This document shows, in pieces, positions 9,192 to 19,689 of a stretch of 59,160 bases of DNA; positions within the stretch are counted from its first letter, which is position 1, and each line of letters begins with the position of its first letter. The stretch comes from Flavobacterium sp. GTDB taxonomy: Bacteria > Bacteroidota > Bacteroidia > Flavobacteriales > Flavobacteriaceae. The stretch spans positions 1-59,160 of the forward strand of contig JAGNYR010000005.1 of assembly GCA_017984835.1 (NCBI GenBank), read 5' to 3'. Under the pieces are notes generated by a model that had not been told where the DNA came from, made no database searches, and was given only the letters and a program-made list of their open reading frames with translations. The position numbers and the translations under genes are program-made.

Positions 9192-10103
9192 TTAATTTTC
9201 GGTCGGAATGAATATTTCCGTTTTCCAATCTAATTCATTGCCTCCATTGAATGGATTTGCGAAAAAATGCTCGAGTACTTTGTTTTGTGTTATGATGTTG
9301 TTTTTCTCGGCATAATCCAAAATACTGTACCAAGCTCTATCGGAAGTACGGTAATTACCATAATACGTTGCGCCTAGGCCTTTCACAATTTCAATGTTTT
9401 TAAATTTGACCTTAGCATCTAGAATGTACTTGGTGTTTTTATCTATTGGGAAACAATAATTAAAATTTAATTTTTTTGTCTCCTTATCCCAATTTAATAC
9501 TTCCAAATAAGGTGTCCCACTAATTTTTATCTTATGGGTTGCTAAATAGGTTGTGATAAAATGGTCGTTCATGATCATGGTTTGTGCTTTCTCTTCTTGA
9601 ATACTATTCAAATTGATATAGGCAACAAAAACAGGTTCTGAACTCTTTTTCCCTGATAATTTTACCTTCAATTTAGACAAATGATCTTTTAATCCATCTC
9701 TAAAATTGGTGATCAACTCAACCTGTTTGTTTTTAAACGCGGTAGGAAAAAACGGAGCAGTCAGTTTGTTATAAAAACCTTCTCCTTTTTCTGAAATAGA
9801 AACCGTTACATCCGAAACCGAGTCGTTTATAGGCTCAATATAATAGGTATACAGAAAAGTAGATCCTGCCTTAGTCAATTCGACTTCTAACGAATTGTAT
9901 AAAGTATGGTTCACAACTTTATACGTTAAGGTGTCTGTTTTTTTATACGTTTCAAACCAATCCAACACTCCTGAATAGACAGTACCGGTAGCTGCTTTCG
10001 CTTTAAAGTGAATGGTATAATCTGATTTTTTAAATCCGAAGTACCAAATTAAGAAAGGTAGTACAAGAACAACTACTACAAATCCAATTGTTTTTTTTGA
10101 CAT
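9192..10103 (-). CDS. Membrane-anchored protein with C-terminal GyrI-like small-molecule-binding domain
   Basis: N-terminal TM helix; C-terminal YYGNY...AW...E.F...P...W.TEIFIP pattern of GyrI-like domains. Confidence 0.65.
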   Translation of the reverse strand: MSKKTIGFVVVVLVLPFLIWYFGFKKSDYTIHFKAKAATGTVYSGVLDWFETYKKTDTLTYKVVNHTLYNSLEVELTKAGSTFLYTYYIEPINDSVSDVTVSISEKGEGFYNKLTAPFFPTAFKNKQVELITNFRDGLKDHLSKLKVKLSGKKSSEPVFVAYINLNSIQEEKAQTMIMNDHFITTYLATHKIKISGTPYLEVLNWDKETKKLNFNYCFPIDKNTKYILDAKVKFKNIEIVKGLGATYYGNYRTSDRAWYSILDYAEKNNIITQNKVLEHFFANPFNGGNELDWKTEIFIPTEN

Positions 10104-10107
10104 AATA

Positions 10108-11463
10108 TTATTTTTTGAAAAATTTCAAACTTTTATTTAAAAATTCTCCTACTCCTGTACCTTGAGCTACTCCATTTTCTATCGCAGCTCTGTAATGAAT
10201 TCCGCCATACAATCGACTCATCGATGCTTCGGAAGCAGCTAATTTAAATGATTTAAAATTTCTTTTTGGCAATCCAAAAGGCACTTCAGAATCATCTGTA
10301 TAAGCAAAATTATCACCGAAAATAGCGGTTAAGATAATTGAGGAACAAGAAGATACGACAGAATGTCCGCTGGTATATTCTGGAAAAGGAGGCGTTTGCA
10401 ATTGGGGTCTCCAATTTTCATCGATGTACAAATTGATATAAGTTTCTGGACGAATTACGTTGGTTCTATATTTTTCATGCCAACAGCTGATGAAACTTTC
10501 AAAAATACCTATCGATACATGCGTGAAGGCATAGACCGTACGATCAAAATCTGTGTTTTGTTTTTTGCAGGCAATTTTGGTAATGTTGATCCAATGTGCA
10601 TCGGGGGTGTTTTTCTTTTTAGCAAACATCATGTGTCCTTGCGTAACGGTAGCATACGGATTGCAATCCCAAAATGTAGCAATAGCTGAAGTCTCGGGCA
10701 ATTGGGTTGTTTTTTTGTTCTCTAAATCCAATAATTCCTTAGAGATTTTATTTCCCACATCATAGGTTTCTTTTGCTTCTATGTAAAACAACGAATTTTT
10801 ATCTGTAGAAAACGGATGCGGCGCTTTGGGCTTGAATTGAGAAGCAGAATCCATTACCAAGGTTCGAATCTCACCCCAATGTGGCTCTACTCCATCCATA
10901 TATGCAGGTGGTGTAGGTTGCCAACGACCTGGTTGATCGGTATGTACAGAATATTTAGAAAAAGTACGCGACTCTTTATAATTATCTTTTGCCATCCATT
11001 TTTTGATGCGTTCAACTACTTTCAGCGCATACTCTTTGGACGCATTGAATTCTTTTCCATTTTCATTTTCCCATTTTGTATACAAACTATCACGGTATTT
11101 GATCAGGGCTTCTTCCGAAAAAACCAATGCTTTACTCACTTCCATATGGGCGATCAAAGCCGCTAATTTTTGGTTTACCCCCAATTTTGGATCCAAATTT
11201 GGAATGGAGTCCAAACCACGCAATTGACCTTGTAACGATTGGTATTTAGGACTGTTTTGAGCTATGATTTCATAAGCAGCCACGTTGGGATACACATATA
11301 TTCTACTTGCAACAGGTGGCGAAAAAATATCGTGTACCATGATACTTGTTACGGTATCAATCGCTGCACAATAATCATCGGATGTTACTTCGATTTGCTT
11401 TTCTTTTTGACAAGAAATAAGTGCAACCAAAACAGCTACCATAACTAAAATTTTCTTTTTCAT
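10108..11463 (-). CDS. Vanadium-dependent haloperoxidase / PAP2-family lipoprotein
   Basis: W.EKY.....RPE, TPPFPEYTSGHS and SRLYGGIHYR vanadate/phosphate-binding motifs; lipobox LISC. Confidence 0.85.
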   Translation of the reverse strand: MKKKILVMVAVLVALISCQKEKQIEVTSDDYCAAIDTVTSIMVHDIFSPPVASRIYVYPNVAAYEIIAQNSPKYQSLQGQLRGLDSIPNLDPKLGVNQKLAALIAHMEVSKALVFSEEALIKYRDSLYTKWENENGKEFNASKEYALKVVERIKKWMAKDNYKESRTFSKYSVHTDQPGRWQPTPPAYMDGVEPHWGEIRTLVMDSASQFKPKAPHPFSTDKNSLFYIEAKETYDVGNKISKELLDLENKKTTQLPETSAIATFWDCNPYATVTQGHMMFAKKKNTPDAHWINITKIACKKQNTDFDRTVYAFTHVSIGIFESFISCWHEKYRTNVIRPETYINLYIDENWRPQLQTPPFPEYTSGHSVVSSCSSIILTAIFGDNFAYTDDSEVPFGLPKRNFKSFKLAASEASMSRLYGGIHYRAAIENGVAQGTGVGEFLNKSLKFFKK

Positions 11464-11469
11464 AATCAT

Positions 11470-14400
11470 TTATTTTGTAAGAACTTCATACAGCTCTACC
11501 GGTTTGTTATTTAAAGTAACTAGCATGTATTTTTTGGACTGAATCGTAATCATATCCAGATGACGAACCGCTTTGCCGCTTAAATCAATTCCAATTGTAT
11601 TTCCTAGTTGTATCTTTTTATTTGTTTGAATTAATGCACCTGAAAAACCATCAAAACGACTGTGATAAGGTGTTGTTCCGAAATAATTACCTGCTACAAA
11701 TACCATTTTATCTTTTGCATTAGCCGATTCATTAAGGGTTACAAAAGTAGTTAATGGCGCAACTTGCAGGGCATTTTCGAAAGGAACAAAAGTAAATAAT
11801 CCCTTCTCATTTTTCAAATACCCAGAACGTAAATTATGCACTTCGTATAATTTTGCTTTTTCCAACATTTCTGAGTCAAATATTTCTTCTAACTGCTTGC
11901 CTGCAAACGATTTATACTCGTTGAATTTTTTCTTCAACATCCCACTGAACTCCTCAGACAACTCATCAAGTCCCATAGTTGTATAATAATTTCCGTTTTT
12001 CTCGACGGCAACAATGGTTTCAAAAGTTCCGTTGGTATCAAAATCATCAAAATACATTTTCATCGGAAAATCAGCCGACGCTTTGAATTTAGAATTCAAG
12101 CCCCAATTCCCAACCAAATAATCTAAGTCACCATCTTTGTCTATATCAAAGGGATGAACCGATTGAAACAATCCGTTGTTATTATCTGGATGCACTTGAT
12201 CCGTTTCGTTTTGGAATACGCCTTTACGATTTGCGAAAAACAAAGGTTTCATCCATTCGCCTACCAAAATTAAATCTGAATAACCATCTTTATTATAATC
12301 TGAAAAAACAGCATCCGTTACCATGCCTAGATGGTGGAATGTTTGATTTTGAACGATTTTATAATTTCCGTTGTTATTATTTAGCAAATAACAATCTGAA
12401 CTACTTCCAAATTTATTGGCATCCGAATTGGTTCCGATAAATAGGTCCATATCGCCATCTTTATCGTAATCACAAGATTTAATAACGGAAGCATTTTGCG
12501 CAATTTTAGGAAAATTAGTTCGAGCTAAAATTGGACCACTATAAGCTCTTGAAAGTAAATCTGCCCCATTCTGACCTCCTCCAGAAGCGACAAATAATTC
12601 GTTGATCTGATCCTTGTTACTGTCTACTATGACTGCGGAAGCGTCTTCATAAACGGCATCTTTATCAAGATTTGCATACTGTTTCTTAACAAATCCCTTG
12701 TTTGTTTGCACAAAAACCTGCGCAGCAATTCCTTTGGATCCTCCAAAAAACAAATCGTCTTTTCCATCACCGTTTAAATCACCCACAGCTGTTGCTGGAC
12801 CGCGATCAGAGCGTTGGTACGGAATCAATTTTTGGTACACAAAATCAATATAATCATTTTCGACATGGGTAAAATTGATTCCTAAATTGGCGTCTACTTT
12901 TTTGAACTTGTTTTCTTGTACCGGATGTAATGTATTATAATTAAACGCCGAACGCTTGGCAGCCGCACTTATTTTTAAAGTTTGATTTGCTTTGACCTTT
13001 TTGATTGTTTGATAGGTGTTATCTGGCCAAATAACAACTAACGAATCTACCAATTTTTCTTTTTTCAAACCAAAATGCGCACCTGTTTCTGAAGAAGATT
13101 GAAAACCACGCGTGGATTGGACTTCTCTGTATTGCATTTTTCCTTTTGAGTAAGCCAACACTTTGGTTCCAATTCCAAAACTATTTTTTCCTTCAAACTG
13201 CAATTTTACTTTTAGGTAATTTGCTTTCGAATTGGTTTGGTTGCTATAAATTGATGCTTTACTGTTTAAATTATTTGTAATGATGTCCAAATCGCCATCG
13301 TTATCTAAATCGGCAAAAGCTGTACCGTTAGAAATCAAAGTGTCGTTGGCCATCCACGATTTGGATTTATCTTCAAAAGTTAGATTTGCATTTCCTTTGT
13401 AAACATAATTAGGAACACTCCCAGAAGGCATTTTTTGCAAGGCTTCTTTGTCAAACATCTTGGATGAATTCAATCGTATCTTAATTTCATCATTGGATAA
13501 ATATTTGACATAATCCAAATCGTTTGGTCTATTTGCAATTCCGTTGCTCACAAAAATATCTTGCTCTCCATCTTGGTCATAATCAGCAAACAACGTGCTC
13601 CAACTCCAATCGGTTGCTGCAACACCGCTCATTAAGGCTGTTTCGGTAAAATTAGCACCCGCATTATTTATTTGAAGCATGTTACGCGTGTATTGATTGT
13701 GATAACCAAGATCATTCACACGCTTATTAAACATTTGAACGTTATCGTCTCCCAATGAAGATTTTAAAACGGTTTCGTCTTCGGGTAACATATCCAAGGT
13801 CATCAAATCGGTAAAACCATCATGATTGATATCTGCAGCATCCACACCCATTGAAAAACGACTGGTATGACCAAATCGTGACTTTATACTTTCGGTAAAA
13901 GTTCCGTTTCCGTTGTTCAAATAATAAAAATCATCACCTTGAAAATCATTGCATATATAAATATCTGGAAAACCGTCCAAATTGTAATCTGAAATGGCAA
14001 TTCCGAGTCCGTATCCATTAGCACCACCATAAATACCGGCTTTTTCACTTACATCAACGAAGGTATTGTTGTTGTTTTGAAATAATTTATCTCCACATTT
14101 ATAATCCCGCTTGTATTTCACATCGGCATGACCGTAAGAAGCTTCTGAATGCACGGCATGGTTGAGCAAATACATATCCAAATCGCCATCTAAATCATAA
14201 TCAAAAAACGAAGCCGACGTACTGTAATTATCCAATGCCAGTCCGAATTGCGCCGCACTTTCCGTAAACGTATTGTCTTTGTTGTTGATAAAAAGTTCGT
14301 TATGTCCTTTAAATCCGTGGATTCCCACAACTGCGCAGACATAAATATCTAAGTAACCATCACCATTCACATCGGCCATGATGGCGCTCGTTTTCCAGTC

Positions 14401-14721
14401 ACTTTTGCCTTCGGTTCCTGATTTTAGTGAAATATCTTCAAATTTATTGTTGCCTTTATTGAGGTACAATTTATTTTTTCCTTGATTGGAAGTAAAATAG
14501 ATATCGACCCAACCATCCTTATTGATATCGCCTGTAGCCACTCCTCCTCCATTGTAGTAATACAAGTAATCTAAAATGGAAACATTTTTGGAAGGATCCA
14601 ACTTGTTTTCAAAAGATATTCCGGTTGCATCAGTATCTAATTTTTGAAATAGAAAATCTTCCTTTTTAGCGCAACCAATGATCAACAGAACACAAGAAAT
14701 ATAAGATACTATTTTAGTCAT
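11470..14721 (-). CDS. FG-GAP/VCBS-repeat ASPIC/UnbV (CRTAC1-like) lipoprotein, paralog 2
   Basis: Many DxDxDG..D repeats; YYYNGGGVATGD; RGFQSS UnbV-like segment; lipobox IIGC. The ATG at 14721 overlaps the upstream stop. Confidence 0.85.
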   Translation of the reverse strand: MTKIVSYISCVLLIIGCAKKEDFLFQKLDTDATGISFENKLDPSKNVSILDYLYYYNGGGVATGDINKDGWVDIYFTSNQGKNKLYLNKGNNKFEDISLKSGTEGKSDWKTSAIMADVNGDGYLDIYVCAVVGIHGFKGHNELFINNKDNTFTESAAQFGLALDNYSTSASFFDYDLDGDLDMYLLNHAVHSEASYGHADVKYKRDYKCGDKLFQNNNNTFVDVSEKAGIYGGANGYGLGIAISDYNLDGFPDIYICNDFQGDDFYYLNNGNGTFTESIKSRFGHTSRFSMGVDAADINHDGFTDLMTLDMLPEDETVLKSSLGDDNVQMFNKRVNDLGYHNQYTRNMLQINNAGANFTETALMSGVAATDWSWSTLFADYDQDGEQDIFVSNGIANRPNDLDYVKYLSNDEIKIRLNSSKMFDKEALQKMPSGSVPNYVYKGNANLTFEDKSKSWMANDTLISNGTAFADLDNDGDLDIITNNLNSKASIYSNQTNSKANYLKVKLQFEGKNSFGIGTKVLAYSKGKMQYREVQSTRGFQSSSETGAHFGLKKEKLVDSLVVIWPDNTYQTIKKVKANQTLKISAAAKRSAFNYNTLHPVQENKFKKVDANLGINFTHVENDYIDFVYQKLIPYQRSDRGPATAVGDLNGDGKDDLFFGGSKGIAAQVFVQTNKGFVKKQYANLDKDAVYEDASAVIVDSNKDQINELFVASGGGQNGADLLSRAYSGPILARTNFPKIAQNASVIKSCDYDKDGDMDLFIGTNSDANKFGSSSDCYLLNNNNGNYKIVQNQTFHHLGMVTDAVFSDYNKDGYSDLILVGEWMKPLFFANRKGVFQNETDQVHPDNNNGLFQSVHPFDIDKDGDLDYLVGNWGLNSKFKASADFPMKMYFDDFDTNGTFETIVAVEKNGNYYTTMGLDELSEEFSGMLKKKFNEYKSFAGKQLEEIFDSEMLEKAKLYEVHNLRSGYLKNEKGLFTFVPFENALQVAPLTTFVTLNESANAKDKMVFVAGNYFGTTPYHSRFDGFSGALIQTNKKIQLGNTIGIDLSGKAVRHLDMITIQSKKYMLVTLNNKPVELYEVLTK

Positions 14722-17700
14722 TTTTCTTGAATATTTTTGGAGCCTTTCCATTTGCAATTGCCACAAAACCAATCATTTTCCCTTTATTTGTTAGGGGTTG
14801 AATTGCTTTCACTGCTCCTGATAAATAGATACCTGATTTTTGGTTCGGCACATAGGTAAACGCACCCGATTTAGAACCTAATAACAATATACCTTTACTT
14901 GCATCCAAACTTCCAAATTGAGGTTTAAATACCATTTGATTTCCGCCAAGAAGTAAATCGAGGTTACCATCTTTGTTAACATCTAACGCACATATTGCAT
15001 TCAGACTCGAGAATTGAACTTCTTTGGGCAAAATACTGATTTGAAATTGACCGTTTCCTTTGTTAATTGCTACAATACTGTGCTGATTGGTAGCCATTTT
15101 TACTTGTGCTTTATCGATCACAGATTCGTCAAAAATTTCTTGAATTGATTTTTTGGAATAATCCAAATAACTGAGATTCTCTTTCTTGATGGATGGTATT
15201 TGTTTGGCCAATTCACCTTTCAAATGTAGTGGCATGTCTTTATCATCAATCATACGAGTAGCAATTTGTTCGATCGTTCCGTTATTATCAAAATCATTAA
15301 CAAACAACTTCATCGGATTTTCTTTCGAACATTTGTAGGTAGTATTGGTTCCAGAGTTTCCAATGATTAAATCTTTTTTACCGTCTTTATTGACGTCAAC
15401 ACAAGCTATTGTATTCCAGAATCCAAATTCTTCCGATAAATTTGTAGATAGTTCTGAGAATGTTCTTCCCGAATTTTTTAGAATCAATGGAGCCGACCAA
15501 TCGCCGACTACAACCAAATCTTTTTTACCATCTTGATCGATGTCTTCCCATTTGGCATCGGTAATCATTCCAAAATCATTTAGTTTGCTGGCAATTTTAT
15601 CGGTTACATTTGTAAATTTTCCTTTACCGTCATTTTCCAACAACAGGTGTTTAGGTGTCAATCCAAAGATGCCCGGAATACTTCTAGAACCAATGAAAAC
15701 ATCGTTATCTCCATCGTTATCATAATCACAAGGAACAACAACTGAAACATTGGTATTGACTGAAGGTAAACTATTTTTGCTTCGAGTAAAATTACCTTTT
15801 CCGTCGTTTAAATACAAACGATTCAAATACAAACGCTCGTCATTTTTCTCGTTACCCCCTGTTCCAACTAACAAGTCTTTATCACCATCTTTATCTACAT
15901 CAAACAAACTAGCGGCCGTATCTTCAAAACTTCCATGTGCTTCGATATCAGGCTGTTTGGTTGCGATAAAATTCGTTCCGTTACTGATGTATATTTTCCC
16001 GACGCTTCCTTTTGCACCACCCATATAGATGTCATCCATTTGATCACCGTTTACATCCCCAACAGCAGAAGATGGGCCTTCCTGTGAAAGCATTTTTGAA
16101 ATCAAACCTTCATAATCAAAATCAATGTAATCATTTTCTGCATGTGCAACCAGGGTATTTGGTTGTTCCGTAAATAATGTTTTTGTGCTTTTTGGTACAA
16201 TTTTATAGGTCAACAATGCCTCTTTTTGAGCTACCGCCAACGTTTGGTCTTTTTTCACCTTTGTGATGGATTTGTATTTTCCATTCGGAAAAATAACATG
16301 AAGCGAATCAATATTTTTAGATCCTAAACCAAAAGTCATCGTATAATCGATAGATGATTGAAATCCTCTTGACGGAATTAACTCTTGGCGGATGATTTCA
16401 TCTTTTGAAAACAGCTCCACCACACTACCTACAGCAAAAGTGTTTTTCCCTTCGCCTTTTAGTTTTACTTTCAAATAATGATTTTTGGTATTCTTTTGCG
16501 CATTGTTTTTATATACAAAAGCTTTCATGTTGACATTGTTCACGATCAAATCCAAATCACCGTCGTTATCCAAATCACCATAAGCAGCACCATTTGAAAA
16601 ACTCGGAGTAGAAAGTCCCCAATTGAATGCTTCATTCGAAAAGGTCAAATTCTTGTTGTTCTTGAAAGCATAATTTGCAACGGGTGTACTAGGCATTTTA
16701 TCAATGATATTTTTCATGTCTTCTTTTCTACCAGTGATGGCCATACGTTGCATGACATCATTTGCAAAGAAATCAACAAAATCTTGGTTGGTTAAATCTT
16801 TGTAGATACCATTACAAACATAAATATCTTTGTATCCGTCGTTATCCATATCAAATAACAATGCGCCCCAGCTCCAATCTGTTTTAGAAACACCTGCATA
16901 ATGAGCAATTTCTGTAAATGAATTGTTTCCTGAATTCAATTGAAGCGTATTCTGCATGTACTGGTTGTAGAAATCCATGCTTAATTTTCTTGAAAACAAA
17001 TCGTAATTATCGAAACTAGTGGTCGTTTTCAATCGATCATCGGGTTCTGGTAACATATCGGTTACAAAAATGTCTGCTTTTCCGTCGTTGTTGATATCGG
17101 CCATATCGGCACCCATTGCCGATTGACTGATATGTTGTGCCCAGTTTTGAATTTGTTCTTTAAACGTGCCGTCTTTTTGATTGATATACAAATAATCTCT
17201 TTCGTAAAAATCGTTGGAAATATAAATATCAGGATACAAATCATTGTTGACATCACCTACCGTTACACCTAAACCAAATCCGATCAAACTTCCGTAAATA
17301 CCTGATTTTTCGCTTACATCAACGAATTTTCCATCGTCATTTCTCAGCAACTTATCTCCACCGCCTTTCAAGATGTCGGCAACTTGCCAATCTTTATCTC
17401 GAAGTTCGCGTTTATTTGAGTAATTCAAACTACTTACTGGAATAAAACTATTGTTTAAGATATAACAATCTAAATCTCCGTCCTTATCATAATCAAAAAA
17501 TGCAGCATGTGTCGTGATACCGGTATCAGCTAAGTTGTATTCTTTGGCTTTATCGGTAAAAGTCAAATTCCCATTGTTGATGAATAATTCATTTTCTTGT
17601 TGAGCGCCTTTGTTGCTACCTGCATTACACACGTAGATATCGAGTAACCCATCGGCATTGATATCCACCATTACCACTCCTGTCGACCAAGACTTGGTTC

Positions 17701-18028
17701 CTTTAACACCCGCTTTGGCAGAAATATCTTCAAATTTGAAGTTGCCTTTGTTCAAGTATAATTTATTCTCTCCTTGATTGGACGTAAAGTAAACATCCGA
17801 AAGACCATCATTATTGATGTCACCAATTGCTACACCGCCACCGTTATAAAAGTTTCTGTATTTAAAGATGTTCATGTCTTTTTCATTTTCCACTTTATTT
17901 TCAAAATCAATTCCGGTTTCGGTTGATTCCAATTGTGTATACAAAGGATTTTCTGGCTTATTATTAGAATCTGAGCAGGAAATTAATAATCCTAATGATA
18001 CGAAAACTATAAATTTATTACAAAACAT
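14714..18028 (-). CDS. FG-GAP/VCBS-repeat ASPIC/UnbV (CRTAC1-like) lipoprotein, paralog 1
   Basis: Same architecture (FYNGGGVAIGD, TDWSW, RGFQSS); lipobox LISC; probable ATG at 18028. Confidence 0.85.
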   Translation of the reverse strand: MFCNKFIVFVSLGLLISCSDSNNKPENPLYTQLESTETGIDFENKVENEKDMNIFKYRNFYNGGGVAIGDINNDGLSDVYFTSNQGENKLYLNKGNFKFEDISAKAGVKGTKSWSTGVVMVDINADGLLDIYVCNAGSNKGAQQENELFINNGNLTFTDKAKEYNLADTGITTHAAFFDYDKDGDLDCYILNNSFIPVSSLNYSNKRELRDKDWQVADILKGGGDKLLRNDDGKFVDVSEKSGIYGSLIGFGLGVTVGDVNNDLYPDIYISNDFYERDYLYINQKDGTFKEQIQNWAQHISQSAMGADMADINNDGKADIFVTDMLPEPDDRLKTTTSFDNYDLFSRKLSMDFYNQYMQNTLQLNSGNNSFTEIAHYAGVSKTDWSWGALLFDMDNDGYKDIYVCNGIYKDLTNQDFVDFFANDVMQRMAITGRKEDMKNIIDKMPSTPVANYAFKNNKNLTFSNEAFNWGLSTPSFSNGAAYGDLDNDGDLDLIVNNVNMKAFVYKNNAQKNTKNHYLKVKLKGEGKNTFAVGSVVELFSKDEIIRQELIPSRGFQSSIDYTMTFGLGSKNIDSLHVIFPNGKYKSITKVKKDQTLAVAQKEALLTYKIVPKSTKTLFTEQPNTLVAHAENDYIDFDYEGLISKMLSQEGPSSAVGDVNGDQMDDIYMGGAKGSVGKIYISNGTNFIATKQPDIEAHGSFEDTAASLFDVDKDGDKDLLVGTGGNEKNDERLYLNRLYLNDGKGNFTRSKNSLPSVNTNVSVVVPCDYDNDGDNDVFIGSRSIPGIFGLTPKHLLLENDGKGKFTNVTDKIASKLNDFGMITDAKWEDIDQDGKKDLVVVGDWSAPLILKNSGRTFSELSTNLSEEFGFWNTIACVDVNKDGKKDLIIGNSGTNTTYKCSKENPMKLFVNDFDNNGTIEQIATRMIDDKDMPLHLKGELAKQIPSIKKENLSYLDYSKKSIQEIFDESVIDKAQVKMATNQHSIVAINKGNGQFQISILPKEVQFSSLNAICALDVNKDGNLDLLLGGNQMVFKPQFGSLDASKGILLLGSKSGAFTYVPNQKSGIYLSGAVKAIQPLTNKGKMIGFVAIANGKAPKIFKKND

Positions 18029-18102
18029 GTGGGTGATAGATTTTAATTTAAATACGATCACAATATACTACAAAATATAGAAAAATAAAAAAATAAAGAC
18101 AC

Positions 18103-18130
18103 AAAAAAAGAGGGCAAAATGCCCTCTTTT
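18103..18130 (-). terminator. Intrinsic terminator after susD
   Basis: AAAAGAGGGCA-AAA-TGCCCTCTTTT with an A-run that gives a U-tail on the minus strand. Confidence 0.8.
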
Positions 18131-18159
18131 AATAACTCAACAAATATTAAAATAAAGGT

Positions 18160-19677
18160 TTAGTAACCTGGATTTTGACTTAAGTTAGAATTAAATAATG
18201 CTTCCGCAGGAATTGGGAAAAGCAAATATTTAGAACTAGAAGTGTAAGGTTTTAAACCTCTAGCGTTCAAGAAAGTTCCAAAACGAATCATATCGTTTCT
18301 TCTCCATCCTTCCCACCATAACTCTCTACCTCTTTCAGCATAAATACCGTCTAAAGTAGAAGGAGCAGCAGTTACACCAGCTCTTGCAGCAATATCAGAC
18401 ATGATAGTACCAACAGAACCAGAACCACCTCTTGCGATAGCTTCCGCTTTCATCAATAAAGCATCAGCATGACGCATCAATACTAAATCATTGTTTGGCG
18501 CATCATAGTTATTGCTATCTGGAATGTATTTCACACCACGAATACCTGCTGTTTCTAATGTAGCACCGCTAGTAATAAGCGTTACTGCTGGAGTAAATAC
18601 TAAAGGAGCACCCGTTCTATCATTTAATGGCGTTACACCTCCTGGAGCAAATTGTTGACCAACTTGGAATCCAACTGGGTTACCAATACTAGAAATGATT
18701 GCTGGAGTAGAATGTTTAGCACGCGCATCTGTAGAAGCGAACTTATTGTAGTATTCAGCTACAGTAGCAAATCCATTCCATCCAGAAGGAGTTTGGTTGT
18801 AGTGATTACACATTCTCCATCTTGATTGCGTATTTCCACCTGGTCCACCTGTTACGTTTTTAGAAGAGAAAATGATCTCTGAAGACGTATTGTTAGTTGG
18901 CGCGAAGTTATCCCAATAAGCTGAAGATAAAGTTGTTGTTAAAGCATCCACATGTTGCACTACTTTAGTCATATCTGCTGCATCAAAAGTATAAGGTCCT
19001 GCAGGGTCTGCCGCTTTGAATACACCTTTGTTTAAATAAACTTTAGCTAACAAGAAGTGAGCTGCATCTTTATTTACAATACTTGCATCATTTGCAACTC
19101 TTGCAGGCAAAGAACCAACAATTGCTTCTAATTCAGAGATAACGTAGTCAGTAGCTTCCGCACGAGACCAAACCAATGGATCAGCTAAGATATCTGAACC
19201 TGCTGGTCTATATGGAGCTTGTCCAAATAAATCAACTACATTATAGTAATAGAATGCACGTAAAAAACGAGCTTGTAACACTTCAGAAGTAGTTCCTCCA
19301 TTTTCGATTATCAAGTTACATTTGTACACATTTGATAACAAATCATTCCAAGCATTTTTAACCTCTACGTGATCAGGTGCCCAAGTTTGCGTATGGATTT
19401 GTCTCCAAGCTCCATTATCATCCCAGTCACCACCACGTGTAGGACCTACCATAGCATCAGTTGACATTTCACTTAAAGCGAAGTGACCTCCTTGACCATT
19501 GAAAGTTCTTAAACCTTCGTAAGCTGATTGTAATGTAGCAGCCGTATTGATGGTACCACCGCCAGATGTATCATTAGAAACACCATCTAGAATTTCTTCA
19601 TCTAAATTAGTACAACCTATATTAAAAGAAAGTATACTTAAGCATAACAATCCTTTTATTAAATTATTTCTTTTCAT
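18160..19677 (-). CDS. susD: RagB/SusD family outer-membrane glycan-binding lipoprotein
   Basis: Lipobox NIGC; ARFLRAFYY...DLFG, MRHADALLMKAEA, ERGRELWWEGWRRNDMIRFG, QNPGY terminus. Confidence 0.93.
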   Translation of the reverse strand: MKRNNLIKGLLCLSILSFNIGCTNLDEEILDGVSNDTSGGGTINTAATLQSAYEGLRTFNGQGGHFALSEMSTDAMVGPTRGGDWDDNGAWRQIHTQTWAPDHVEVKNAWNDLLSNVYKCNLIIENGGTTSEVLQARFLRAFYYYNVVDLFGQAPYRPAGSDILADPLVWSRAEATDYVISELEAIVGSLPARVANDASIVNKDAAHFLLAKVYLNKGVFKAADPAGPYTFDAADMTKVVQHVDALTTTLSSAYWDNFAPTNNTSSEIIFSSKNVTGGPGGNTQSRWRMCNHYNQTPSGWNGFATVAEYYNKFASTDARAKHSTPAIISSIGNPVGFQVGQQFAPGGVTPLNDRTGAPLVFTPAVTLITSGATLETAGIRGVKYIPDSNNYDAPNNDLVLMRHADALLMKAEAIARGGSGSVGTIMSDIAARAGVTAAPSTLDGIYAERGRELWWEGWRRNDMIRFGTFLNARGLKPYTSSSKYLLFPIPAEALFNSNLSQNPGY

Positions 19678-19689
19678 TGTTATATATTA

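Noticed and set aside
11470-18028. Recurring short DNA motifs (e.g. CCATC...ATC) as a possible CRISPR or tandem array
   Set aside because: They are the coding footprint of DxDxDG FG-GAP repeats, with no fixed-length identical repeats and spacers.
10108-18028. Halogenated natural-product or enediyne biosynthetic cluster (VHPO + UnbV)
   Set aside because: There are no PKS/NRPS, prenyltransferase or tailoring genes, and the context is sugar uptake and catabolism.
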